NCBI GenBank assembly: GCA_964199315.1 | Contig: OZ116702.1 | Location: 5,580,001-5,644,000 of the forward strand | Source: Orbicella franksi | Lineage: Eukaryota | Length of the DNA: 64,000 bases | Reading direction: 5' to 3' | In this document: positions 12,301-25,730 of the stretch, in pieces | How positions within the stretch are numbered: position 1 is the stretch's first letter | Layout of the letters: every line of letters begins with the position of its first letter | Made by a program: the position numbers and the translations under genes | Notes under the pieces: generated by a model | Told to the model about the DNA's origin: nothing | Databases searched by the model: none | Seen by the model: only the letters and a program-made list of their open reading frames with translations

Positions 12301-14678
12301 ATGGTAAGTATTTCCGCAGCTGAAGATTGAAAACTAAAATTTACAATTGCAATTACTCTTGTTTAAGCCTAGTAAACCTTAGGAACTTTTTCAATGAAAT
12401 TATTGGGGACGTGGATAGCATTATAAAAACAAGTTCAGAGTCCTCCTGAAGATCCTTACGACCTCACGATCCACCATAAGTCTTAAATTGTTCTCAGATT
12501 ATTTTATGGAGAAGATTGTACACTATTCTTTGATAACGATTTCAAGAAAGTTGCAAAGTTTTTTTTATCCACCTGACGTTAATTTTTGTCTGACACAAGA
12601 AGCTTATGAAAGGATTGCATAAGACTTAAATTATAAGTTTAATTTTTTTTTTGGAACCAGTGTGTAATTAGCCAAATGCATTTTTGTCTTTTCAAGGCTG
12701 CCATACGAAGATTCAAGCCTCTTTTTGACAGGATTTTGGTTGAAAAGTTCCTTCCAGAAGTGGTAAGATTTTTTCTTTTCCATGACAAAGTGACAGGTCT
12801 ATGCATATATTTATTTTTCAGTGGTTGTTTTTCAGAAAAGTTGACTTCTGAAATGCACCCTCCCCCCCCCCCCCCTTATCCCCTCCACTCCCCTTCTCTC
12901 CAATGGGGATCAGAATTAAATTTGCTAATGGCAGAGGCAAATGAGGTTGTACATAAGACAAAATCAGCCACAGTATATATGTATACAATCATGCACACTA
13001 AACTGTGTGATTCATTTTTTTTTTTGTAGAAAACCAAGGGGGGTGTGCTTCTTCCAGAGAAAGGTGTTGGATCAGTATTAGAAGGAACAGTAGTAGCTGT
13101 GGGGCCTGGAGCCAGGGATAAGGTGAGAATTGTTGGGTTTTCATGACAAGCAGATCAGTCTTCGTTTACCCTGCATAAAGATCAACAATCTGCCATTCTT
13201 AAGTGGCACTGATTCTGCAGGGCACTAACAAATAGATTTGCTTGCTGGGGACATATTACAGTCTGGGTCATTTTTTGGGATAGAATATCTGGTTTTTCAG
13301 TTTTGGTAAAAAAAATCTGTTGGGTGTGGCAAATACAAGTTTGTGAATTTGCTGTTTTAGCCATATTGTTGGGCAGTTTTATGGTTTTGAACAATATTTG
13401 TTGCAAATTTTCATGCCTCCCTCCTTGCCAAACCTATGATCATGTGTGCAAAACTATTCACTGTTCCATTAAAACTGAGATCAGAGGGTAAGAATGAACT
13501 AAGTTGTTATTCAAAAGGAAAATTCCATTTCCTTGTGGTCATCAGAGAGGTGGCAGTGACATAACAATACAAGACAATGGCCATCAAAGGCAGCCATCCA
13601 TTGTCTCGTGTTTCCTTGCACGTATTCATGCGAGGAATTGCGCAGGCTGGTCAGCTCGACTGTTAATCAAAGACTAGACGAAAGCTCTCAGTAAGTTTCA
13701 CCCCTTGCCTCTTCTCTCTTCTCTCTTCTCTCTCTTCATGTGCAACTGTCATGAAACCTGAGAATGTCTCCCCCGATGAGATTTAATAGTGAACTACGAT
13801 AATGGAAACTCGAGCTATAATCGGTCAAGTGTCACATTCACAAAGCAGCAGACGAGATAATATTTGAAATCCCTTCTAAATGACTCAAAAAGACAGGATT
13901 ACAAGTAAATAACAGTACTGACAGTTATTTTTACTGCTGATTCAGTGTTTGGGTCCCCAGTGACTTGGCCTTAATTAAAAGGAAATCAAAGCAAATGCTT
14001 AACCCTTTCCACTCCAGCCATTTTTAAATTTCACCAAACTTTGCTCTAACTTCTAGAGTGGAAACGTCGTTCCTGTGAGTGTGAAGGTTGGCGACAAAGT
14101 TTTGCTGCCAGAATATGGTGGAACAAAAGTGACTATGGAAGAGAAGGTATCAATGATCGTTTGAGCAGCTGTCCTGTATTTCATGTTGGTTGAAAACGTC
14201 CATCCAGATTCGCTTAGCTTTGTTGTTACTACCAAACCACCCAATACTAGGAAACAAGAAAACATTTTTAAAAGCATTTTGATCTTTGTACTTGTGTTTC
14301 TCTAACCAAAGATTGGTGTGAGTCTGACCCCTCTGGAAATTCTAGTTAGCTTGAGTTCATACTTTCCCAGAAAAACAAACTAGGCTTTTAAATCTCCCTC
14401 CTCATAGCATTCCTAATAGCCTTAAGAAGGTCTGAAAAATTCTTGAACGGAAACAATGTTTGAAATGTGGCCTTGTGTGTTAGCACATAAACACACTAAA
14501 GCTTACACCCTTAGAGACAATATTTGTTCTAGCCTGCAAGCACAGATATCTGCAAGGCAAGCTTTCTGGGTTCTCATATTCTAGAATCTGTTTTGCGTAT
14601 TTAATTAGGTTTGTTTCTTGTTCTCAACAGGAATACCACATCTTCCGCGATGGTGACATTCTTGGTACATTTGAGTAA
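12301..14678 (+). CDS. HSPE1: Mitochondrial co-chaperonin HSP10 (GroES family), 5 exons, 99 aa
   Basis: Exons 12301-12303 (ATG only), 12697-12762, 13030-13122, 14057-14146, 14631-14678, all phase 0. Protein MAAIRRFKPLFDRILVEK...KTKGGVLLPE...VVAVGPG...VKVGDKVLLPEYGGTKV...EYHIFRDGDILGTFE. AATAAA at 15081-15086. Confidence 0.96.
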
Positions 14679-16863
14679 AGTTGGCTTTCATTCAATCGCT
14701 TATCTAACTGCCTTTTTGGACAAGAGGAATAATTGCAAGTCTGAAATAGCTTTGAATGACACTTCTTGGCAGCAAAATCAATGAAACTGTCCATTGTGCA
14801 ATATCATAGTTTGCATGGCTAACTCATCTTATAGACTTGACTATCTCTTGAAACTTCAAGACAGCACTTTTCTTAGAACTCTGAGTTTTGTAACCAAGTG
14901 AGTACTTCTAATGTCTAGCTAGGCAATGGTTTTTTAATTAAAATTACAATGAAAAGAGAATGCATAACGTGTATAGTTTGTTTTCAGTTTGAAACTCTGC
15001 TGGATTTTCACATGTGCGAGTAAGGATTCATCAAAAAGCCAAATGAATGTTTTTTTTTCACAGTGCTTGAATGTGACAGCAATAAAGTTCTGGTGTTAAC
15101 TTTTACGTTAAGTCGTTTTACAGTTGGTATTTTTGCAGCTAAAACTGGTATAATAATGTCTGCCTACTTAGTCTGTTCTCAGACTCTCTATTTTGTCTAA
15201 AGTTTCCCCAAGATCATAATTTTCATCCTTTCAGATACTGCCCGACATAATTTAGGGAGTGAGGGCCAAGGTGTTAATGAAAAGGCGATGACATAGGGGA
15301 GGGAACTAAAAAGCGTCCTTTTTCCCAAAGAAGTTTCATTTTTTTGCATCTGCTTCATGACCACTCTAGTGCTCCCCACTCAATCTTGCATGCTCAGAGA
15401 AAAATAACTTGTGGCACAAATGTCTGTGGGGGTTATAATTATTTTTATCGTTACCGGATGATTGATTAGACTTCAAGCATACCTTTCTGTCTTACTCCAC
15501 CAAGCGCACGATAGAAATACCCAAGAGGAAATTTAAATGGGGTATCTTGCTCTCAGATTTTATGCAACCGTTTTTTTTGGTTTTTTTTTTCGAGTGCTTT
15601 TTTGTGGGCATTGTCCTTGCAGAACTTGGAAAAGAGGGCTTGTTCGTTGACTAATTGAACACATTTCCAAACACCTTGAAGTTGGTCAAAAATACTCCGC
15701 TATGCATCATAGTTTCTTCACCGTGTTTGGAAATGTGGTCAAACATGGTCTTTCATGTTTGATATATATTACTTCAACAAAAATTTTCATCAAATGCCAA
15801 CTTGTCACTAGGAGTACATATCATTACCTCCACTATTCTCCCTGCCCTGCCCTTCCCATAACATAAATAATTCACAGTGGTAAAAACTTCTGATGCATAT
15901 TAAAGGTTTCACAAAACGTTCCCAAAATGTTGAAGACAAAATAAAGATCAAGTCTGCATAATATTTGATCCAAAGAGTCCCTATCACCAGAGCCATGCCA
16001 GTTTCAGTAGCACAAAGCAACAAGGAGTATTTTTACTCCTGGATAGAATTATGATAGTTCATCAAATGATTGCCTTTGAACATGTAACTTAACCTGATTG
16101 TGTTGTTCAAGAAGGTTTCCACGTCCCTCTGACGGAAGGTTTATTAGTTTGAATTACCCAACCCTCTGGAAATTCCCATTTAGTGGCTTGATACTTTCCA
16201 TTAAAACACTTAGTTTTTGAAACCCCCCCCCCCCCCCTTTGAATTTCTATTGACCTTGTAATCCTTGGCATGGGTATGGATATTTTCTGGAACTAAACAT
16301 TACATGTAAGAATGAGCCAGGTGGAAGTCTTCCAAAATACAATGAAATATTACTCTGCCTAGTCTAAACCTCAAAATTCAGAGTCCTACACACTGACCAC
16401 TAAGTCGGTGTCCCTCACACTAAGAAAAAATAACAAGAAACTCTAGTTGTGATAAGCAAATTTATTGCATAACTCTGTGCCACTCGTACAAAATTCCAAT
16501 CATTACTAGAACATTGCTTGATAAACAATGTGAGCTCAAAATATCCTTCACTTCACTATAAAAGTCACACTTCAACTTTTCAGCTACCAGACAGTGTTAC
16601 TTTCTCTTGATAGTCAGCAGATACTACAGTATGTAGTGTGAGGTGCATCTGAGTTGTATCGGCTAATTTTTTTTTATATATCCAATAATAATAATAGATG
16701 CATGCGCACACTGTAAATAATATTACACATAAAAAAAGAGAGGCAAATTGAAGAATTTACAAGACCCAGATCTTTAAAAGGAGCAACAGTTAAGGGTATT
16801 ATCTCAGACCAGCAGAAAAAAATTATTCGTAATTCAGACAGCAGTATTATTATTTGGTAACGA

Positions 16864-19800
16864 TTATGATGCACCAACGGCTTTCTTGAGCAACTCCGTC
16901 GTCATACTCTTGGGACGTTCAAGTGGGAAGCCTAGGGCACGTGACCAAACTAACGAAGAAAGCACACCCAAGGCACGTGACACACCAAACAACACTGTGT
17001 AATAGTTCATCTCTTTCAAGCCATAATACTGAAAGTAAAATGGACAAAGGTCAATTAGAACAGACGTGAATGCTTTTAGGTTTCTCTTTCAAGCCATAAT
17101 ACTGAAAGTAAAATGGACAAAGGTCAATAAGAACAGACGTGAATGCTTTTAGGTTTTGTTAATTACACATTCAAGCAATATTTCTTCCAACTAAAGCTCC
17201 ACAAAGTCTATTATTTTGTGTTGTTGGGAAACAGCTTTCACAAAATGTTACTCAGTCTAAGAGCTTTCAACCAACTTCTAAACATTGTTAGTTAAGCAAC
17301 ATAATTTTACTACTGTTATTGTGAAAAGTAGACTTATTGAATTTTATTCTTAGCCTAAACATTCTGCATCAAAAACATGTTGAGAAAACACACATTTCAG
17401 GGTGGATCAGTCCAGACAAATTTTGTTGCAAAAAACTTTTCCTAGGTGGACATGCTTACCTTGAGCAACTTCATGTCCAATCTAAGTCTTCAAATTTGCC
17501 ATACACTGTATCACCTCCCACCCCTACTCCAAAAAATATGTAAATTTTTTGGTGATTACTCAACAGAAAGTTGTCCAGGTGTGTGAAAAACTTTTTTTGC
17601 TGACCACAGTATGGCCTGCATCACTCTAAAATACCAAAATTTTGGCTATTTCTTCTAAATGGAAGTGCCAAAAAGTCTGATGAGAAAAAAAAAGTAAAGG
17701 GGAGGAGCAAACTCTGTCAGATTTAAGTTCAGCTCATCACCATACACTAGCGAAATATCAGCTAGTACAAACCAGGTACATTATTAAACAAATTAAATTT
17801 TACTTGTTTGCCATATAATAAACATCTTATTAACCGAGCTGACGTGGTCTGTATGGGAGAATCTTGGCCTTGGTCATGTGTACAGATAGAGCGCAACTCA
17901 CAACCTCGGTCAAGATTCTCGCATACAGCTCCTTCCCATTTAATAAGAGCTGAATATTACAGCATTCATTCATATACACTTGAATGGATGGTTTTCTTTC
18001 CTGAAATTACCTGCAGACACAATGGCTTCTCTTAGCCATTATACTTGTGTGAAGAACTCAAAGCTTGCCCACAAATACAATTTTGTTTAGTGATGTGAAG
18101 TTTATATGAAATAATTCATATATGAACTGCAGTTGAAGCCCTGATTTTTTCAGGCTTCTTCTTTCCAATTGCTTAAATTGGAAAATTAACTGCGATGATC
18201 ATTCTTTACTTTCTTTAATTTTGTTTAGTCTCGCTAATGACTATTAATATTGCAAGTTCCCAAATCATAATAGTACCTGAAGAAGCACACCACTGTGTGC
18301 ATCAACATTGGGCCATGGGTTCTTTGCCTTTCCCTTCTCCAATAAGACATCAGGGACAATTTCAAGGAGCTGGCCACAAAGCTTGAATAATGGGTCATCT
18401 GGTAGATGTTTCAAGGCAAACTCCCTCTGGGCTGTGTATCTGGGATCCGTTCTCCTCAGAACTGCGTGGCCAAATCCAGGTACAACTTGCTGTTTAGCAA
18501 CATGAATTTCAGAATTATTTTTTGTTACGATTAATATTATTTTTGTGGACTATTGCATGTGACCTTTCCAGCAAAACTAAGCTCTTTGAATACTTGAGTA
18601 ATGAAAATTACTTTCTGCATGGCATTTGACAATCATTGTATTATATGACTGTAAACTGAACAACATGCAATGACAAGTTTTGATCAATTTGCAGGGTTGC
18701 AAACCAAAACAACAGAATTTCAAATCCAACACAATCATCAGCTGGCCAAACAGCTTAATTCCAAATACATCTAAAACCCAAACAATTTTTCTTTAACTTT
18801 TCTTTTTTCTTTTCTTTAAAGGAACACCCCTTCAACAAACTTCTAACACATTGGTACATTACCAACACTTGGAATTACAAAAACCATACAAGTTTGTCCA
18901 ACATTACTCCATTACTCACGGATTAAGTTTAAAAATACATTTAGAAAATCAATACACAGTAAATTATGAAACCTTATGTTGCTTACAGAAGCATGCAATG
19001 ATACCTGTTGTAAAGACTGTTCAAGTTGACTACAGGGAATGGTACAGCATGAAAAGACACAATCAATATCAGTTTCAAAGCTTTAATGCTCTCCAATTTA
19101 CAAACACCAGACCACAACACGATCTTATGAAAACTGAGCATCAAACTTTCCAGAAAAAATACAAAATGGAAAACATGAATCATGCAACACAAGACAACTG
19201 CCATGTTAACTAACAGTGTCTTAAATAATACCTACCCCTCCATCTAAGGTTTTCAGGACATAATCCTTTACTTCCTCAGCAGATGGATTTTCACCAACAT
19301 CCTTAAGCATTCTTGTGATCCAGACTAACACTTCCTGGAATGGAATGAAACAAATTTAACAAATTCAGTTGTGGACTTGAATGATGCATAATTTTACTTT
19401 TAAGGTTATCGTATACCTTTAGAACACCTTCAGAGGTCTTGCGTCCAAGGGATGTCCGGTTTAAACTCTATATACCGGTACCTTAGATACCCTTATATCA
19501 TCTATATATTAATCAATCTATATGTTAAGTGAAAAAAGCAGCATTTGATGTCTTGACAGTGCCCTTGTCTGTTTACCATCCAGAGCAACTTCAGACTTAC
19601 ATGTACCCTCTTGCGCCAAAATTTGAGGATCCAAAGTACGATCACGATGTGTGATTGCAACTTCAAATGTTATCACTATGGTGTAAACATCACCACTTAC
19701 CTGATTAGCAAGACCATGCAGCGGGCCAGCAAGGCCGTTCATTCCAGCAGCAAGGCAAAGGTAGGGATCTGACAAGGCACTGCCGACAAGATGAGTGGTG

Positions 19801-22800
19801 TGAGCACTGACGTTACCACCCTCATGATCAGCATGAAGAACTAAGTACAGTCTCATCATCTCGTGAAACATGGGATCCTCAAAGCCAAGCATGGTGGCCA
19901 AGTTGTCTGCCCAGTCTTTGTTTGGATCTAATGGAGCGACTTTTCCATCCTTGAAAACATTTCTGTAGATGTAGGCAGCTACCGTCGTTATCTTGGCTGT
20001 CAATTCCATGGCATCATCAAAGACATACTGAGAAAGATAATGAGAAGGGTCATTTAAAGACAGACCATCAGCAGTGGGGAGTTTGGATGGCACAGTGATA
20101 AGAGAACTTGCCTCCCATAAGTGTAGTCCAAGGTTGATCCCAACCCGGTGCCATATGTGCGATATATGTGGGTTGAGTTTGTTGTTGGTTCTTGCCTTGT
20201 TTCAAGGTTCTTTGGAGGTTCTCCAATTTTCCTCCCTCCACAAAAACCAACATTGCCAAATTCCAATTCAACCAGGATAGAGGATCCGCATGAAAACCAG
20301 CCAAGACTGATGTGGCTTCCTCTCTAAATATTTTACCTTAACTTAATTAATATATAAAATAGCATTCTAGAGCCACAGGACAAGGATGAGGGCCAGGATT
20401 TGGTGGTTAAAAATACATCATCATCTGTGCCTCCAAAACACATTATCCCCACAGTATCTTTGCCTGGGGTAACTAAAAATTATTTCCCAAAAATAGAGAC
20501 CTCTGTCTTGATAAGTGGAAACAAAACAGGCCCCATGTACGTCCACACATGACAGCTTCAAATTTAATTTTTTGGTACAATATTTACCTCCCAGTAACTG
20601 CCTTTGGGTACGCCACTTGAATATGCCCTTGTAAAGTGGCTCTCACTGTTCATTGCCGTGATTGCAGCACTAAACTGGCTCATGGGATGCAGAGTTTCAG
20701 GGAAGTTGTTCAACATCTGCACAACATGTGGTGGCAGGTCAGCATTGGCAGCCCACTCTTTAGACAAATTATCAACCTGTAACAATAGCAGAGCAAAAAG
20801 GTTTTAATAATATAATACTATCACCATCAGACAGTGTTTTAATATTGCCAAAGGTTCATGGTTTAAGATGAAAGACTATTCCAATAAAAAGAATTGGAGA
20901 GTCAGGAAGCTCCCAAGTGTCTACAGTGTAGTCCGGGTTTTCAATTTCAAATAAAGTAGCAGGAGGAAATCTTAAAGAAGGCTGGGCGCTATTGAGTCGC
21001 GATAAAAGCAGCCGTACATGTGCATGTGGGGAATCGAAGAGTGCTGAAGTGGGCTATCCTTTCTGACAAGGGAGGGGATGGGTGCTGGCTCTGGAAAATT
21101 TCTGAAATCTCAGTACCTTGAGGTGCATTCTGTTCAATTATTTCCTCAGAAAGATAGCGTTGGTGAATTAAAATTGCATATCAACAAACTTTGTACAAAA
21201 AGTACCCAACGCAAACGCTTGAAGTTACCAGTAACTTGCATCAGGCACCAGCTTATTTTGAAAACCCTGGTAGACAAGTCATTTCTTACACAAAAAATAA
21301 TGCTACTCATTAATTCTAAAGCAGCAAGTGACTTGTAGCATTGCTGCAAAACTTGGATGAATGAGATTCTGTTCCTTTACAGATAACCCCTGCCAAAAGT
21401 TTCAAGAAATATCGTAACAGTTGCTTCTCTCTTTTTACATTATCGATGTTAAGTATTCTCAAACCTAAAATCAAAAGCAATGCATTGTATCCAACAAGTA
21501 AGAGTTGATATTTTAAACTACTAAGAGAACAATGATTATAACTAACCTGCTGTTTTGTTGGTATTTCACCTGTCATCAGTAACCAGAATATTCCTTCTGG
21601 CAAGGGTTCTTCACCAATGTCATTAGCCTTTGGCAAAAGCTAAAGATAGAGTCAACAAAATAATGTGATGTGTCTGTTGAGACTTACTAGGAGCACTATA
21701 TTATGTTTTAATCCAAATAATAATTAAATGCTGTAGAAGATTTTGTCAGTGTGTAAAGTAATGATAGTAAATCTCTCGAGACAAACAAAAACATTCCAAG
21801 ATAATGCAAAAAACAAACACCTCTAAAGATTTGATTGCTTCCCCCCGCCATTATTTCACTGTAGAAATGTCACACACGTATAATTATGAATGACTTAAGA
21901 AATGAATTACCGACCACTATTTGAGTTCAATGACAAACCAACGCTGTCATCAGGTGACAGCAATGTGGATATATAAAGTCACGTACGTACTCTGAATTTG
22001 TTTGATTAAATCATTTACTAACCTCACGGCACTGTGGAATGGTATAGCCACGGAACTCAATACCCTGAGGACCGCAAAAAAAAAAAAAAACAAACAGCAA
22101 AGTTTTATATCAAAGTAATTTATGTCATTTTATTACAAACAACTGATTAACTCACAATTGAATTGAAATATATAACTCAGCAGCAACTAATCAATCCCCA
22201 TGCTTTGTAAACGTGCATGAATTATCTGTTCATAATCACTGGCAGTTTTCAACACAAGAATTGTCATACAGAATGATAATCATACCTCGTTTGCATCCAA
22301 GTGTGAAGTTTCTGTCACCAACCCTTTAATACCTCGCATACCACCATAAACCTACCAAAATAAGCCAAAGTGTTATTGGTCCAACAACTGCCCACATCTA
22401 AACCAGAGCTTAGTATAATTTTAACAAATTAATCAGCCTTTTTTGAAACCCGGGATCCTTTTAGAGCTGGAATTTTTCTTCCCAACAGTACGTGCTCTTA
22501 TTGGCTTCTTCTAGGTCATACGACATCTAACAATTAAACTGCTACCCACAGAAAGTCTCTGACTGGGCAACATTGCAAATCTATGACATCGAAGGTAATG
22601 GTGTGCACACTAGCTGTTACCTGCGAAGGTTAACTCTCCACAGCTACAGTCTTTGTTGTGCTATAAAACAGATCACTTAATGACTCGTCCTTTGGGAAAC
22701 CAGTTCATTTTGTTTCCATATTAAAACCTAGCTTACCTCAACTCTGCCAGAAGAAATAGTGAAGTTCTCCGGAAACAAAATTAACTAGTCAAGAGGGACC

Positions 22801-25477
22801 AGCCATTGAGTGTGAAACATGACACTCCCAGTACTAAGAAAACAGGGTTATGTTCATAATGTCAATAAGTGAAGAGACCTATTTACTCAGAAAACCAAAG
22901 CAGATGGAGAGCAGGCTGTAAGCATGATTTTACAGTGTAAGCTTGTCACTCAGGCACCAAAAAAGGTCAATCAGTACTGAGAGGGTTACTGTTTTAAAGT
23001 TTATCAATGGAGCAGAGGAGCACTTGTCTAATGATTCTTGTGCTCAGTGTTGCAAATGTGACTATCATAAACTGGTTTAATTTGTACTCTGCACTCAGTG
23101 AATTTTCAGATCATGACAGATTACTTTGTGAATTGTAATCCACACAGTACCACTACCATGACTAGCAAAAAAAGTTCAAGTCTGCATAGGAGGCAAGTGG
23201 CCCATCAGGCTGGAGCTTATCCCAGTTTCTGTAGCATGAAGCAACTAGGAATATTTGTATTCCTCCCTGGATGGAAGCTAATCCATCGCAGGGTTATCCC
23301 CAGCATTAAGCTTGCTGGTACCCATTTCAGTATACACCTGGGTGGAGAAAGGCACTGTGAGAGTTGAGTGTTTTACCCAAGAACACAAGACAATGACCAC
23401 TGCCAAGGCTCGAACCCAGACTGCTCAGAGACGAGTGCCCTAACCATGAGGCGGACACGGTGTAAGCAGACACCCTCAGGAATTCGAGAAAGCTAGTGTC
23501 TGTTAGTAGAGCTGTCCTCTTACGAAAATTATTCCCATGAGGGGACACCCAAGAAAAATATGGCGGATATCTACTTACGGGAGAGTTACATCTAGTGGTG
23601 TAATGATTAATCGAATTCTCTCTTAATCGTGATTATGACCTTTTGGTTCGATTCTCCATTCTTTGATTCCACATTTTTTTGCATACCTTTCCCAGAGTGC
23701 CCTCAGTGAGTTATTATATTGTGAAATCTGAATCCAGAGTACTGGTAAATGACGTAAAGACAAATTGCAGTTCATGTACCATTTTGTGTTGCATGGTAAA
23801 AATGTTACCCATCTACCACCCCTTGAGAATTTCCAAATAAGGCAAACCATGTGTGACATGCTCATTGTATCCTAAAATTGAGGGTTTAGGGTTGTATGTT
23901 GTTTACATTGTGTATCATGTTATAAGAATTAAAAAAAAATTAATGTTTTGCATAATCAAATTGAAATAATCGAAATCAAGAGGTAATAATCAAAATTGAA
24001 TCGAATCGCAAGGAATATAAATCGTTACACCCCTAGTTATATTGTTACCATGGCTCGAGCTTGCTTATCCAAGTCCAAGCTTGATTATCTGGGATACAGC
24101 ACTCAGTACCCTCAGTGATTGAAAACAGAATGTGGCCATAAAATAAATGTGACGACACAAATGTTACTCGTCAGACCCCTTGATTTTTCAAACAAATGGA
24201 CAGTTCTTGTGGGGGTCATGCAGTATATTTGTTGATTAATTGCAAATTACCGGTAAAGCCAAATTTTATTGCCAAGTGTCAATTATTATACATGGGGTGT
24301 CCGCTTATGAGAGAGCGTAAACGAAAGAAAGCTCCAATTTTTCATTTTCAAAAGTGTCTGTGTCCGCTTACGAGAGTGTCTACTTACGAAAATGTGTAAG
24401 TAAAGAGTTTGACTGGGAGGTAAAAAGGGGAATTGTAAACTGTGTCTGTAAGTAGAGCTGTCCGCTTACAAGAGTGTCCATTAGCAGAGAGTTGACTGTA
24501 TCAGCTTAAAATTCAAAAAGGATAACAATAATGCTTGCCACTAATTAAAACAATAATTATTGTATTCTTGAAACATTGCTGAAGCTTTTGGGGTTCTGTG
24601 CGAGTTATTGTTTAAGGTTCAAACACTGTACAATATTCTCTCGCTTCCGTGTCTGACACGATTGCTAATTATTAATTCAATCAATTGTATTTCGCTATAT
24701 AAGCTTATTTACGTTACCGGTACACAAGGACAGTCAAACAATGAAGGAAAAAAGATGCGATAGCTTACAGGCGATAGTTGGCCAGAAAATAAAAATATTT
24801 TACCATTAAAATCTTAAACCTTAAGGTAACAACGTGACAAAAATCACAGAGAAAATGTGACGCAATTGTCGAAATCGTGACACAATATGCGCTATGTGTG
24901 AAATATACCTGGTCAACCGTGTACTCTCCTAAAGATTTATCACCATACTCTTTACGGAATTCTGCAACTTCTTTCTGTTTCTCTGGAACCACGCGATACA
25001 TTGTCTCCTTTAAGCTCTGCAAACCGAAAAGATGCATGTAGTGGCGTGAAGCAACTGATGGGCGATGAAGAAAATAGGAAAGAAAGTACAGCTCTTAAAT
25101 AATCGAGAAGATATTAATCAGTTTACATGTAAGCTCAATGCAAGATATCGTAAATGAAAATCACTTACCAAACTTTCTGACTGTGTTGACTGAAGCCTTA
25201 TCAAACTGCCAATCAGTCCCTGTTGGACTATTTGCTGGAGGAACGATAACACATTAAAAAATCAGATGTTGCGAATATCGGTTGATTGAAACAGGTCTAA
25301 GGCGTCCCCTATAAATTTGAATATCACATGCATGGCACAGTTGTAAAACGCGAAGTACATCTTTTGGTGGAACGTCTGACCAAGAAAAACGAACAATTAC
25401 AAAAATTAAGAAGATAAAGTGCTTACCGTTGACTGTCCGAGTCTGGACAACAGTTTGCAAGTTCTTAATACATTCAT
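16864..25477 (-). CDS. CS: Mitochondrial citrate synthase, 11 exons, ~472 aa
   Basis: Exons 25477-25427, 25234-25169, 25016-24909, 22351-22286, 22064-22023, 21639-21547, 20776-20588, 20027-19701, 19334-19236, 18489-18277, 17028-16864, all phase 0, 1419 nt. Motifs [52 protein letters not shown]; both catalytic His and the catalytic Asp are present. Confidence 0.97.
17010..17155. repeat. 73-bp tandem duplication spanning the last CS splice acceptor
   Basis: Unit tctctttcaagccataatactgaaagtaaaatggacaaaggtcaa(t/-a)agaacagacgtgaatgcttttaggtt at 17010-17082 and 17083-17155, differing at about one position. Confidence 0.95.
20076..20335 (+). mobile_element. tRNA-derived SINE in CS intron
   Basis: Head gggagtttggatggcacagtgataagagaacttgcctccc with A-box-like tggcacagtgat (~20088) and degenerate B-box ggttgatccc (~20132); body atatgtgggttgagtttgttg...aaaaccaacattgccaaattccaattc; AT-rich tail. 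Confidence 0.7.
23178..23452 (-). mobile_element. tRNA-derived SINE (second family) in CS intron
   Basis: Minus strand begins gcctcatggttagggcactc...gggttcgagcc (B box, 23407-23416), followed by ctccacccaggtgtatactgaaatgggtacc...gggataaccctgcgatgga, resembling the conserved core of cnidarian/deuterostome SINEs (recalled, not aligned). Confidence 0.75.
23593..24035. mobile_element. hAT-like MITE inserted within a Tc1/pogo-like MITE (~23490-24500)
   Basis: TIRs tagtggtgtaatgatt / aatcgttacaccccta; 8-bp flanks gttacatc / gttatatt (6/8). Related gtccgcttacgagag repeats lie on both sides and the host ends agagagttgactgta at ~24500. Confidence 0.6.
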
Positions 25478-25730
25478 TTTGATAAAAAAGTACCGACTAT
25501 GTTTCCTCGTCTAATCCCTTTTCCTTCGTCCAAGCGACCATGCAAGACGTCATAAGAAACGGAGGGAGAATGAACACCAGAGTATGACTCAACAGGAAGT
25601 AGGCTTACCCAATAGCTTTCACTTCCGGTATAAAAATGGGCAACTCGTAAGCTCGTCACATCACAGCAAGCCACGAGCGTGATTGCAGTGAAGGACACGA
25701 TGGTTTTTCTGTAGATTTGTTGAAATCACG
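25478..25730. promoter_or_regulatory. Compact bidirectional promoter between CS and the SLC38 transporter
   Basis: 253 bp between divergent ATGs. ETS-type CACTTCCGGT at 25620-25629 and CAGGAAGT at 25593-25600; TATAAAA at 25629-25635 oriented toward SLC38. Confidence 0.75.

Noticed and set aside
20028-20093. N-terminal [10 protein letters not shown]... of the 191-aa CS ORF
   Set aside because: Intron and SINE sequence upstream of the true acceptor at 20027.
20076-23452. tRNA genes
   Set aside because: A/B-box heads run into SINE bodies; no cloverleaf or acceptor stem.
25636-25650. Second uORF (MGNS*) for SLC38
   Set aside because: Abuts the TATA-like element, so it is probably upstream of the transcription start.
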